Shown: positions 48,445 to 64,000 of the stretch, piece after piece | How the letters are laid out: each line of letters starts with the position of its first letter | How positions within the stretch are numbered: the first letter of the stretch is position 1 | NCBI GenBank assembly: GCA_951406725.2 | Contig: OX597816.1 | Span: forward strand, 163,556,001-163,620,000 | Reading direction: 5' to 3' | Source: Octopus vulgaris | Lineage: Eukaryota | DNA length: 64,000 bases | Notes under the pieces: generated by a model | Told to the model about the DNA's origin: nothing | What the model saw: the letters and a program-made list of their open reading frames with translations, nothing else | Databases searched by the model: none | Translations under genes and position numbers: made by a program

Positions 48445-48481
<37 letters not shown>

Positions 48482-48504
48482 TATATAGATAGATAGATAG
48501 ATAT

Positions 48505-48539
<35 letters not shown>

Positions 48540-48606
48540 TATATATTCATGTGTATGTGTGTATATATATATATATATGTCTGTGTGTGTGTGTGTGTGC
48601 ATGTGC

Positions 48607-48675
<69 letters not shown>

Positions 48676-48701
48676 TAGATACATACATATATATATTGAA
48701 T

Positions 48702-49085
48702 AGGCGCAGGAGTGGCTGTTTTTGTAAGGAGCTTGCTCATCAATCACATAGTTCGGGTTCAGTCCCATTGCGTGGCACCTTGGGCAAGTGTCTTCTACAA
48801 TAGCATTGGGCCGACCAAAGCCTTGTGAGTGGGTTTGGTAGACGGAAACTGAAAGAAGCCCATCGTATGTATGTGTGTATATGTGTGTGTGTTTGTGTTT
48901 GTCCCTTAATATCGCATGACAACCGATGCTGGTGTGTTTACGTCCCCATAACATAGCGTTTCGGCAAAAAGAGGCCGATAGAATAAGTACTTCGCTTACA
49001 AAAGAATAAATCCTTCGGTCGATTTGCTCAACTAAAGGCGGTGCCCCAGCATAGCCGCAGTCAAATGACTAAAACAAGTAAAAGA
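48702..49085 (+). mobile_element. SINE family A, full length
   Basis: aggcgcaggagtggctg...atgactaaaacaagtaaaaga. Confidence 0.9.
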
Positions 49086-49237
49086 ATAAAAGAAATATAT
49101 ATATATATATATATTTACATGCCTAAGTACATACATACGTTTATATATACACATGTATGTATATATGAGTTCATATATATATATGTATATATATGTGCGT
49201 GTGTGTGTGTATGTGTGTGTAGTTTTATTTTTATAAC

Positions 49238-49425
49238 TATTTCTTTACTATCCACAAGGGGCTAAACAGAGAGAGGACAAACAAGGACAGACAAAGGGAT
49301 TAAGTCGATTATATCGACCCCAGTGCGTAACTGGTACTCAATTTATCGACCCCGAAAGGATGAAAGGCAAAGTCGACCTCAGCGGAATTTGAACTCGGAA
49401 CGTAACGGCAGACGAAATGCGCCTA
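49238..49425 (-). mobile_element. SINE family B, partial
   Basis: Reverse match to the monomer body and tail. Confidence 0.85.
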
Positions 49426-49462
49426 CGCATTATTATTATTGTTGTTGTTATTATTATTATTA

Positions 49463-49509
<47 letters not shown>

Positions 49510-49871
49510 TTGTTTTTATAACGTCGCTACTTCGTTCCTTTCCAGTGTGGTTTGATTTTAATCGCATAATCTTCACCTGTCGTATATATTTTCCATTCCA
49601 TTCTTTTCGTCTTACTCTCCTTCTCCTCCTCCTCCTCCTCCTCCTCCTCCTCCCTGTTCTAGATCTGGCTGATATAAGTCTGCCTTCTCTATTATTACAA
49701 CTACTTTTCGATGAAGATATTGTCTTCGATTTTTTTATATTCCTTAACATCAATTGTACTCGTAAGCGTTATCAATGTTATTGCTGTTAGTTTTCTTCCA
49801 AGTTCAGGTTAAAGTTTTTTTTTTCTTCAACTCTAATGCATTTTTCTACCAAGAATTAAAAAAAACTACAC

Positions 49872-51150
<1,279 letters not shown>

Positions 51151-51505
51151 TTTTGTCCAATGGTTGACGTAAGATGTTACGTTATCATCTCGATAAATCT
51201 CCCCTGCTTAACCCTGTGCTTTATTAAGCCCACTCTACAACATCAATCTGGAGGCGGGAAACATCCAACACCATCAGCTGCCAACTGGAAACTCATCAAC
51301 AATCATTATTATGCTCAGGTGAAGGAACTGCCTTAAAACTCCACCATCGCAAAATGATAACATACTTAGATTCATTCATACATACATACATACATACATA
51401 CATACATACATACATACATACATACATGCGTATGTGTGTGTGTGTGTTTACCATTTTTCATGTTTTCTTCATTTTCATTCTTTCCTCTCCTTCAATGTAT
51501 CAGTG

Positions 51506-51578
<73 letters not shown>

Positions 51579-51673
51579 GTGTGTGTATGTATGTATATAG
51601 GTAGATAGATACATACACACATACTCTTTTACTCCTTTATGTAAGTATGCATATATCTATGTACATATGTACA

Positions 51674-51813
<140 letters not shown>

Positions 51814-52092
51814 GCCATTCATATATATATGCATATACATATATGTATATTAATGTTTTGTTTAGATGTTCATTTATAATAAAAACAATTTTGTATTAAT
51901 CTGATGGGTTAATCTGTACTTTCGCGGAGTACAAATTTATTATTCTTATCATTCTTATACAAGAATTTTGTTGAATGTTGCTCACAATGACTTTGAATTT
52001 TCGGCCAGCAAATTCATCGTCGGTTGTACATATATATACATAAAAAACATATATACATACACACACACACACACACACATACATATATACTC

Positions 52093-52494
52093 TTACTCTT
52101 TTACTTGTTTCAGTCATTTGACTGCAGCCATGCTGGAGCACCGCCTTTAGTCGAGGAAATCGACCCCGGGACTTATTCTTTGTAAGCCCAGTACTTATTC
52201 TATCGGTCTATTTTGCCGAACCGCTAAGTGACGGGGACGTAAACACACCAGCATCGGTTGTCAAGCAATGCTAGGGGAACAAACACAGACACCCAAACAT
52301 ATACACACACACTTATATATATATATACATATATATGACAGGCTTCTTTTCAGTTTCCGTCTACCAAATCCACTCACAAGGAATTGGTCGGCCCGGGGCT
52401 ATAGCAGAAGACACCTGCCCAAGATGCCACGCAGTGGGACTGAACCCGGAACCATGTGGTTGGTTAGCAAGCTACTTACCACACAGCCACTCCT
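52093..52494 (-). mobile_element. SINE family A, near full length
   Basis: Reverse-complement match. Confidence 0.9.
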
Positions 52495-52496
52495 AA

Positions 52497-53200
52497 AGTT
52501 AATCCAAACATGAAATCACAAAGAGAAAACACAACAACGCGAGGACGTGGAACAAGTATAGTGTTATTGGACGCTCAGGAAAGGAAAGAAAGAAGGAGGA
52601 TTTAACGTTTCGCGCGGAACTCTTCGTCAGAAACATAGGAAAAGGAAAGATCCAAGGAAGGGAAGACGGAGGAAAAAAAGAATCGCCAACGATACACACG
52701 CGTTCACATATATATGCTCGTATGCCCACGCATAATTCTACTCAAGTCATTGAGTCTTTTAGTCGAATGATATACTTCTGATAATGCTTGCCTTCTGTTG
52801 GGTACCATGGTACCCAGTATAGAGCACCGTGCGCAATGTGATACTGTGACCAAGACCTAATAATTGTTATGGTATTGTTATTGAAGTGACCGATGCTTAT
52901 CGTCTTGAGTGCGTTTAAACGCGCCCTCTTGCATATGACTAGGAGGTTGCCGTGGGTCATATCTTTCTTGATAAGCGGTTTTGCAGGAAATATCGGAGGA
53001 CTTGTAGAATCAGAGTATCGAATTCGGAAGTTGCAAATGTCTATTCATTTTACTAGAAGGTTGAGCAATTGAAACATGGGAAAGTGTGGAGTCCGGTCTA
53101 CTGGAGAGTATAGAGAGGTTGTGATGGTGGTAGTACCGTCAATGCTTGACACGGCGAAGTGCATTTCCCACAACCAGCCGAGGGTACACTTGTTTCACAA
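52497..53200 (-). mobile_element. Penelope-like 3' remnant with pLTR bearing a minimal hammerhead (52600-52634)
   Basis: Minus strand: gttt CTGACGA a gagt-tcc-gcgc GAAA cg TT aaat; upstream is decayed linker-like coding sequence. Confidence 0.55.
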
Positions 53201-53223
53201 AGAAATATCATATTCTTTCATAT

Positions 53224-53591
53224 AGGCACAGCCGTGGCTCTGAGGTAAAAATCTTGCTTTCCAACCACATGGCTCCGGGTTCATTGCCACTGCATGGCAC
53301 CTTGGATAAGTGTCTTCTACTATAACCTAGGGCCGGTCAAAGCCTTGTGAGTAATTTGGTGGGAGGGAAACTGGAAGAAGCTCTTCGTATGTGTGTATGT
53401 TTGTGTCTGTGTTTGTCCCTCTCATCACCGCTTGACAACTGGTATTGGTGTGTTTACTGATACGTAACACAGCGGTTCGGATAAGGAAACCGATAAAATG
53501 CGTACCAGGCTTTAAAAAAGTACTGAGGTCTATTCATTCGATTCAAAACACTCTTCAATCCCCAGCATGGCCTACGGCTAATGACTGAAAC
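53224..53591 (+). mobile_element. SINE family A, diverged
   Basis: Head, body and tail all recognisable. Confidence 0.8.
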
Positions 53592-53689
53592 ATCAGATTA
53601 CAATTCTTATTGGCTACAAATATTTAGATGTGTAAGAAAATGAATAAAATATGGAATGACGAGTGAAGAGTTTGGAGGGTTATAGTTAT

Positions 53690-54038
53690 ACTACTAGTTA
53701 TAGATTGGCTTATAAAGGAAACTATGATCGAAAGCCAAACAAGTATTGAATGGATGGATGCGAAAGCTCTAGAAGATCTCGACTTTGCAGATGAAATAGC
53801 GCAACTTTTACAAACATATAGCCAAATGCAAAATAAAACGTCAAAATTAGAAGCAATAGCTGCCAAACTAGGATTAAAAGTCAACCGCGACAAATCAAAA
53901 ATTATGCGCATTAATGAAGAAAACAGCAAACGTATTAAACTAGAAACCGGTGAACTAGAGGATGTAGCCGAGTTTACGTATTTAGGTAGTAAGATAACGT
54001 TTTTAGGCGGCACCGACGAAGATATTAAACGTGAATAG
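53690..54038 (+). pseudogene. RTE-clade reverse transcriptase fragment
   Basis: LEDLDFADEIA..LGLKVNRDKSKIM..VAEFTYLGS..GGTDEDI. Confidence 0.85.
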
Positions 54039-54379
54039 AAAAAAGAAAATTGTTTAAGTCGGTGCAAAAGTCAGGTGTTTCAGTTGAGATTACAATCCCA
54101 ACATTCAAGGTGCGATTATTTGTATTATATTTTGAAAGTGGTTTCAGTCAAGATCTCAGGATAAATTTCCTTTCGTATCAACAGTGCCCGATACCGCAGA
54201 TTTGGAATAACGATAACAATCTGATTGCCTTGAATGGTCCTGTTTAATCTTTTATCAGCGGTACACACATTACATGCTTCCTGCTATTCCTGCATCACCT
54301 GGAATTCTCAAGTATTTTCCATTCGACACTGTAGTAGTATAGAAATCTTAATTGTATGTCACCTTTCCATAACTTTTAT

Positions 54380-54604
54380 CTTTTACTTGTATCTGTCATC
54401 AGATTCCGGCCATAGCGGGGCACTGCCTTAAGTTTTTTTTTTAGTCAAATGAATCGAGCTCATTTTCTTCTTTTCTTAAACCTAGCACTTTTTCTTTTTG
54501 CCAATCTGCTAAGTTGCAGGGATGTAATCAAACCAACACCGGTTGTCAAGCGGTGGCGAGGAGACAAACGCAGACATAAACATACACACACAAATACATA
54601 CGCA

Positions 54605-54640
<36 letters not shown>

Positions 54641-54890
54641 TGTATGTATGTATGTATGTATGTATGTATATATATACATATATGTATATATATATATATA
54701 TATATACATATATGTATATATATATGTGTGTGTGTGTGTATTCGGTTTTTGTCTGCCAATTTCACTCACAAAGCTTTGGTCAGCCAGAGGCTATAGCAGC
54801 AGACACTCTCCCAAATTGTCACACAGTGGGATTGAACTCAGAGCCATATGGTTACGAAGTAGGCTTCTTACCACTTAACCACGCTTGCTC
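54380..54890 (-). mobile_element. SINE family A, old diverged copy
   Basis: cactcacaaagctttggtcagccagaggctatagc; ccggttgtcaagc. Confidence 0.7.
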
Positions 54891-55244
54891 CAATGTGTGT
54901 TTAAACTTTCCCTCAGTCATTCCCATATAGCATTTCAATTGTTACTTTTGTAGGGATTTTATTGATCAACTTCCGTTTGATATATACAATGTCTTTGTCA
55001 TTAGAAAAGCTATTTAGAAGCTGTAGTGTTTCTGCAAAAACGGCTTTTACACGTGGGATTGTGAATTTCTGTGATGTATTTTCATATTGTAACTTGATTT
55101 AAATGTGCGGCTATTGGATAATTTAATATCCCAATAGCGGGGATTAAAATGCTTGTGTGATGTTTTACATGTTGTTGGTACAACTGTAACTTAATTTAGG
55201 TGTGTGTATATATGTCTGTGTACATCTGTACGTGTGACACGTAG

Positions 55245-55550
55245 TTTCAGGTTCAGTTCCATTGTGTGGCACCTCGGGTAAATATCTTCTTCTATAGCCC
55301 CTAGCTCAACAATGTTTTTTTTAATAAGTTTGGTAGATGGAAACTGTGAGGAAGCCTACGCATACATATGTGTGGGTATACATGTCTGTGTGTGTCTGTG
55401 TTTGTGTTTGCCCCCATCTATCGCTTGGTAACCTGTTTCGGTTTGTTTACGTCTAGGTTTTAAAGCAATATAAAACTGAGATGGATTTATTCGACTAATT
55501 CTTTGAAAGTAATGCCCCAGAATAGCCGCAGTCTAATGACTGAAACAAGG
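55245..55550 (+). mobile_element. SINE family A, old diverged copy
   Basis: ggttcagttccattgtgtggcacc...gccgcagtctaatgactgaaacaag. Confidence 0.7.
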
Positions 55551-56673
55551 AAAATAAAAAATAAAAGAGAAAGCCGTCTACTGATGTGAGACGAGGTCGA
55601 CTCTCTTCCTCCCATACGACCGTCGCCATATTAAAACATCATTTATAAAGCGAATGGGGCGCTTGAACCTTGTTTCATATCTGAGTTGATAGAGCGAGAG
55701 TTTTGCACTGGAGAGACATGACACCAAGGTTAATAGGCAGTTAAATAGTTAAGAGTTTGAACTCGTAAATATAGCAGCATCTTATCTTGTGTCTAGGTAA
55801 AGCAGTCAGAAAAAAATGGAGTAGAGAACGATGGACTTATAATATTTATCTTACACTGGTATATTTCATCATTATACCATCTATACGTATCTATATTTCA
55901 AACAGAAAGTTAGTTAAAAGAAGGGGGAGAATGAAAAAAGCAACATCAACGGCTGGATTTTATCAAACGGAAATAGATTTCAACCAACGTGTATGCTGTG
56001 TGCTGTATATGAAATACATATATTTTGACAAACGTTTGGATTCTGTCAGTTACAGAGAATTCGCCAGAATCTATTTACTTTTTAGCTCTTCATTTCTTCT
56101 TTAAAGGCTGCGTTTCCTTCTCTTTACCCCCCCCCCCCCACACACTCTCGTTCTTGTTCTCGCTCTCGTTCTCGTTTACGTTCTCTTCTTACAGTATGAG
56201 CTTTAGCGCTAAAGCTCAGAGGCAAGCAGGGGTTGAGTTTTCTCATGCCCTCCGGTGCCTTGTCGAACTTGCACCGCTAATGTTAATTCTCTGCCAACAC
56301 TTCCATTTTACTTTCGTTTGTTTTTGGTTTTACTTTTTTAAGCTTTTAGGTTGTTTTTTTTTCTTTTTTTAATTTCTTTTTTTTTTTGTTTTTGCAACCT
56401 TAACTGTTTGCTTACGCTCGTTTATTCATATTCTTTAATTTCTTTCCTCTTTCTCTCTTTCGCTCGCTATCTCTTTCTCTTTCAACAAAATTCTCTCTCT
56501 CCTCTCTCTCGCTCCACATACTCTCTATATATATATTTATATATATACGCATCTCTCTCTCTCTCTCTCTCTGTATATATATATATATGTATATATATAA
56601 TATACGAATACATGTATCATATGTATACATATATATGTGTGTAAGTCTGTGTGCGTGTGTGTGTATGTATGTC

Positions 56674-56719
<46 letters not shown>

Positions 56720-56777
56720 CTCTTGTTTTTTCTCGCTTTCTCTCTTTCAATCTTTCTCTCTCTCTTTCTCTCTTTCC

Positions 56778-56808
<31 letters not shown>

Positions 56809-56829
56809 CATTCATGCTTCCCGCTTCAG

Positions 56830-56847
56830 TTTTGCCTGATCTGACAG
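56830..56847 (+). other. Candidate 18-nt microexon
   Basis: Long pyrimidine tract, tgc, cttcAG|ttttgcctgatctgacag|GTATGA; length divisible by 3. Confidence 0.35.
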
Positions 56848-57395
56848 GTATGACAAGCTACAGATTATTTTGCATAATCACAGATTATCACAGAATAAAC
56901 TGTCGCGAGAGACACAACCAGTTCTATTAATATATTAAGATGGAACGAATAGGAAATGTAAACAAACAAAAACGAAAAAAAAAAAAAGAAGTAAACTTCA
57001 AAATAATAACATATACATACACATATATAATATATATATACATATTCACACGCACACACGCGCACACATACACACACACGCGCGACGGTGGATACTAACG
57101 AGGCGGGAAGAGAAGGGAGATGAAATAATATTTTTGAAAAAATACAGCAAAGAGAAATAAGATTAACTTCTCTTTAGAAATCTTAATCTTAATACTAAAT
57201 CTAATCCTTGATCTGGCATAAATTCCAAAAACAAAAAGAAAAGAAGAAGCTAATAAGAACACAACCCCTGGAATAGACAGAAGGCCACGCATCCATAATT
57301 GAAGGGTATGGCTTCGTCAGCAGCGGGATATCTCCCCAAAATAGGCGCAAGGCCACGTATTTATGATTTAGGAATAGAGTTCTGTCGATGGTCAG

Positions 57396-57930
57396 TACGA
57401 GGTCCGGTCAAAAGGTATCAGGACTGGGCCGACAAATAGAAAAAGCTACAACACATTCTTTCGTTTTGAGATTTGGTTTGCAAGATTCTTTATATGAATT
57501 CGTGTGTTGAAGCATATTTTGTTGTGTCTGGGGAGAGTCATTTTCTTTTTGTACCTTATAATGTAACACACTCACCGGTAAAATTTCCACTTATTTCTTA
57601 TTTTTATTTTCCTAAAATTTTCGTTGGCAGTCAAGACAATTGAAAAGGTTGCAAGACGCAACGAACATTTTAGGAAAATAAAAATAAGAAATAAGTGGAA
57701 ATTTTACCGGTGAGTGTGTTACATCATAAGGCACAAAAAGAAAATGACTCTTCCCAGATACAACAGAATACAACAATTCGGCATATAATCTCCCTTGAAG
57801 TATCCCTGCTTCTGAATCCACGCACTTTATCCAGTGTCGTTTCCATTGACGGAAGCATTCCTGGAACTCATTTTCTAGGGAGCAGCTGCTTCGTCGCATT
57901 CTCTGAGATTTCCTCGACGTCTTGGAATCA
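57396..57930 (-). mobile_element. Mariner 3' remnant (TIR + transposase C-terminus) interrupted by foldback element 3
   Basis: TIR-like tacgaggtccggtcaaaaggtatcaggactg; minus FQDVEEI..FQECFRQWKRHWIKCVDSE.GYFKGD. Confidence 0.75.
57454..57770. mobile_element. Foldback element 3 (inverted repeat 57515-57770 plus left tail)
   Basis: ~112-bp arms in reverse complement; tacaaca duplicated at 57447-57453 and 57769-57775. Confidence 0.75.
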
Positions 57931-58029
57931 TGGTCACGGATGGAAGTCTGTGTTGCTCTGTAATAAACAACGGACGTGAGTGAAAATGTTATAGCTTAGT
58001 ATACATGCCGGTTTCACTCTCTTTTACTC

Positions 58030-58311
58030 TTCTACTCTTTTACTTGTTTCAGTCATTTGACTGTGGCCATGTTGGAGCACCGCATTTAGTCTAGCAAATT
58101 GACCCCAGGGCTTATTCTTTGTAAGCCTAGTACTTATTCTATCAGTCTCTTTTACCGAACCTCTAAGTTACGGGACGTAAGCCTAATACTTATTCTATCG
58201 GTCTCTTTGGCCGGACCACTAAGTTACGGCGACGTAAACACACCAGCATCGGTTGTCAAGCGATGTTGGTGGGACAAACACAGACACACAAACATATACA
58301 CACACACATAC

Positions 58312-58343
<32 letters not shown>

Positions 58344-58362
58344 GACGGGATTCTTTCAGTTT
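58030..58362 (-). mobile_element. SINE family A, 3' half, with internal ~55-bp duplication
   Basis: gtaagccta.tacttattctatc.gtctcttt occurs twice. Confidence 0.85.
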
Positions 58363-58483
58363 CTTTGTATTTATATATATATATGTATGTATGTATGTAT
58401 GTGTGTATGTATGTATGCATGTAAATATGTATGTATGCATGTGTATATATATATATATATGTGCATATGCATATATATATATA

Positions 58484-58709
58484 TCTATAATATAAACTGG
58501 ACATGGGCGAGCGTTGTATTCTTTCTTGTCTTGAGGTTCGCAGCCAAACGGCTGGGTGGATTCGCAAAAAATGGCACACATGTGAATACGGGTTCATAAA
58601 TTGGAATGCAGTTTGTATTTTTTTTCCTAGGCCCCATGGTTACTTCGAAAAATCGATTAAAACTTTTCTAATGGAATTCCCCTCTTTCTTCCGCCATTAA
58701 AACAACTAG
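58484..58709 (+). mobile_element. Possible non-autonomous Helitron fragment
   Basis: Starts a|TCtataatataaa, contains gcagccaaacggctg, ends CTAG|t; no clear subterminal hairpin. Confidence 0.3.
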
Positions 58710-59365
58710 TTGCTCCCACAGCCGGCATATACTACTTCGCTAGCAACAAGGGGAGTACAAAATGACAGCCGGCCAAAACTTTTGCTATGCTGTCACTCTT
58801 CTTTCACCTCTTTGTGGGGTTAATAATCTTTAGTTACAGTTTCTCATCCAAACTACATAATAGGCCGAATTGTTGGAGTAAGACAGTAGGGTGTTTTGAG
58901 CGAGATTTCGCTGCTATTGCAACCAGGTCTAGCTACCATGTAGTGGTCAGAACTTAATTTTCATTCATATATTTGCATTTCAAAAATTTTACATAATCTT
59001 TTCTGTAAATCAGCTATCGTAAAAATACACTCACATGTCCATTTCATATATCTTCTTTCAATTTCTGCTCTATGCAAATAAACTTTTTACGTATGCAACT
59101 GCTTACAAAAATAGGAATTAATGCATAATTTCTTTCTATGTTCATAATTAAATAAAATGTTTTAATGATTACACAGAATAACTCTCAGAAACAGACTACG
59201 TACAAAATCGTTCTTCACAACTCCTGAAGCTGTTTTCTGACTGGGGGGTCAGGAAATTTTCATAGGGCTGGAAGCTGTATAAAAGATTATGCCTAACCAA
59301 AAACGATCAATCACAGCCACATCATTCAAACAGACATGGTGAAACCGGGCTTAGCTACTATATAC

Positions 59366-59431
<66 letters not shown>

Positions 59432-59794
59432 CGTATATATATGCATATATACATATATACATCTATATAGGTATATATGTGTGTGTATGTCTGTGCGTGT
59501 ATTTTCTGTATGTATATACTGTGTGTATGTATATAAATATGTATATGCAACTATTTATATAAACATATATCTATGTATATGTATATGCATATATATATAC
59601 GTGTACATACACAAACATATCAGGAAACACGTATATTCATACATACATACTAATGTACGTATGCATGCATGTATGTATGTATGTTTGTATGCATGTATGT
59701 ATGTATGTATGTATGTATGTATGTATGTATGTATGAATGTACGAATGTATGTATCTATGTACGTATGTATGTTATATATATATATATATATATA

Positions 59795-59834
<40 letters not shown>

Positions 59835-59850
<16 letters not shown>

Positions 59851-60024
59851 TGCATGTATGTATGTATGAATGTATGTATGAATGAATGTATGTTTGTATG
59901 TATGTGTGTATGTATGTATGTATGAATGCATGTATATATGTGTGTATGTATGCTTGTTTGAACGTATGTATGTATGTATGCATGCATGTATGTATGTACG
60001 TATGTATGTATGTATGAACGTATG

Positions 60025-60096
<72 letters not shown>

Positions 60097-60275
60097 ATAT
60101 GTATGTATGCATGTATGTATGTATGAATGTATGTATGAATGAATGTATGTTTGTATGTATGTGTGTATGTATGTATGTATGAATGCATGTATGCATGCAT
60201 GTATATATGTGTGTATGTATGCTTGTTTGAACGTATGTATGTATGCATGCATGTATGTATGTACGTATGTATGTA
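59835..60275. repeat. ~250-bp tandem duplication of degenerate (GTAT)n
   Basis: gaatgaatgtatgtttgtatg...gcttgtttgaacgtatg occurs twice. Confidence 0.8.
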
Positions 60276-60367
60276 TACACAGTATGCTGAATGCGCGTGC
60301 GAGCATGTATTTCTATTCGTTTTTAGTAACGCTATTTATTTCAAACAATGGTGTACGAACAATGATC

Positions 60368-60426
<59 letters not shown>

Positions 60427-60535
60427 GCATATACCCGTTGGTCTGCGCGTATATGAGGATATATAACAGCATAATATTATGTGTGTACGTGTATGCGTGG
60501 AGTATCATTAATTAGGAAGTGAGTTTAGTCTGAAC

Positions 60536-61136
<601 letters not shown>

Positions 61137-61137
61137 T

Positions 61138-61312
61138 TATTTCTTTATTGCCCACAGGGGGCTAAACATAGAGGGGACAAACAAGGGACCGACAAAGGGA
61201 TGATTAAATCGATAACATCGACCCCAGTGCGTAACTGGGGTACTTAATTTATCGACCCCCGAAAGGATGAAAGGTTAAAGTCGACTGCGGCGAATTTTGA
61301 ACTCAGAACGTT
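61138..61312 (-). mobile_element. SINE family B, partial
   Basis: Reverse match. Confidence 0.85.
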
Positions 61313-61844
61313 TCGTCAATAATAATAATAATAATGAGGAAGGAGGAGGAGGACGAGGAGGAGGAGGAGGATAAGGATGATGATGATGATGAGGAGGAGG
61401 AGGAGGAGGAGGAGGATGTGATTATCATAATTGTTATTTACTATTGTTATTAATATTACCTCCGTCATCATCATCATCATCATCATCATCATCGCTGATG
61501 TTGTTTTTGTTCTAGCTGCTGTTTTTGTTGTCGATGTCGTCGTTGTTGTTATTATTGTTGTCATCGTCGTTGTTGCAGTTGTTGTTGATGTTGTTGCTGC
61601 CGTCGTCGTCGTTTTTGTTATTGTTGTTGTTGTTGTTCCCTACCCAGGATCAGTTGTGAGCTGTGATACGGTTGAAATAAGAGTAACGTTTCTCAATAAA
61701 ATATAAACAGACTTTTTATTGTTTACTCGGTTTTTTTTGTCATTTCGCTTATTTGGACTTTTGTTTTTCAAACTCATTTTGATTGGTCAATGAAAAAAAG
61801 AACATACGGTAGCTTAGGATTAATTAAGAACATTATACGACTTT

Positions 61845-64000
<2,156 letters not shown>

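Noticed and set aside
52799-52816. 18-bp perfect palindrome tgggtaccatggtaccca
   Set aside because: Isolated within a decayed element; no supporting evidence of function.
55573-55630. Minus-strand ATGGCG start (MATVVWEEESRPRLTSVDG)
   Set aside because: No convincing donor, and it runs into a SINE tail.

Overview
Eukaryotic, AT-rich, repeat-saturated non-coding DNA. The SINE families and extreme microsatellite density strongly resemble an Octopus (cephalopod) genome; this is recognition, not a database result. No intact host gene is visible, and nearly all ORFs in the track are translated microsatellites. Content: four tRNA-headed SINE families (A-D, many copies), a long open 3' part of a Tx1/L1-clade LINE ORF2 at the right edge, and decayed R4/Dong, CR1, RTE and Penelope retroelements. 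Also present are Tc1/mariner remnants and MITEs, a Helitron, and a 5.6-kb CATA>CGTG>CGTA>CATA array. The most notable signal is three unrelated ~250-315 bp foldback (near-perfect hairpin) elements. Their arms carry outward-facing hammerhead-ribozyme-like cores and a one-sided tail, suggesting minimal Penelope-type ribozyme hairpin elements, and further solo minimal hammerhead motifs are dispersed through the window. A few isolated + strand splice signals (an 18-nt microexon candidate and a possible recursive splice site) suggest the window may be intronic.
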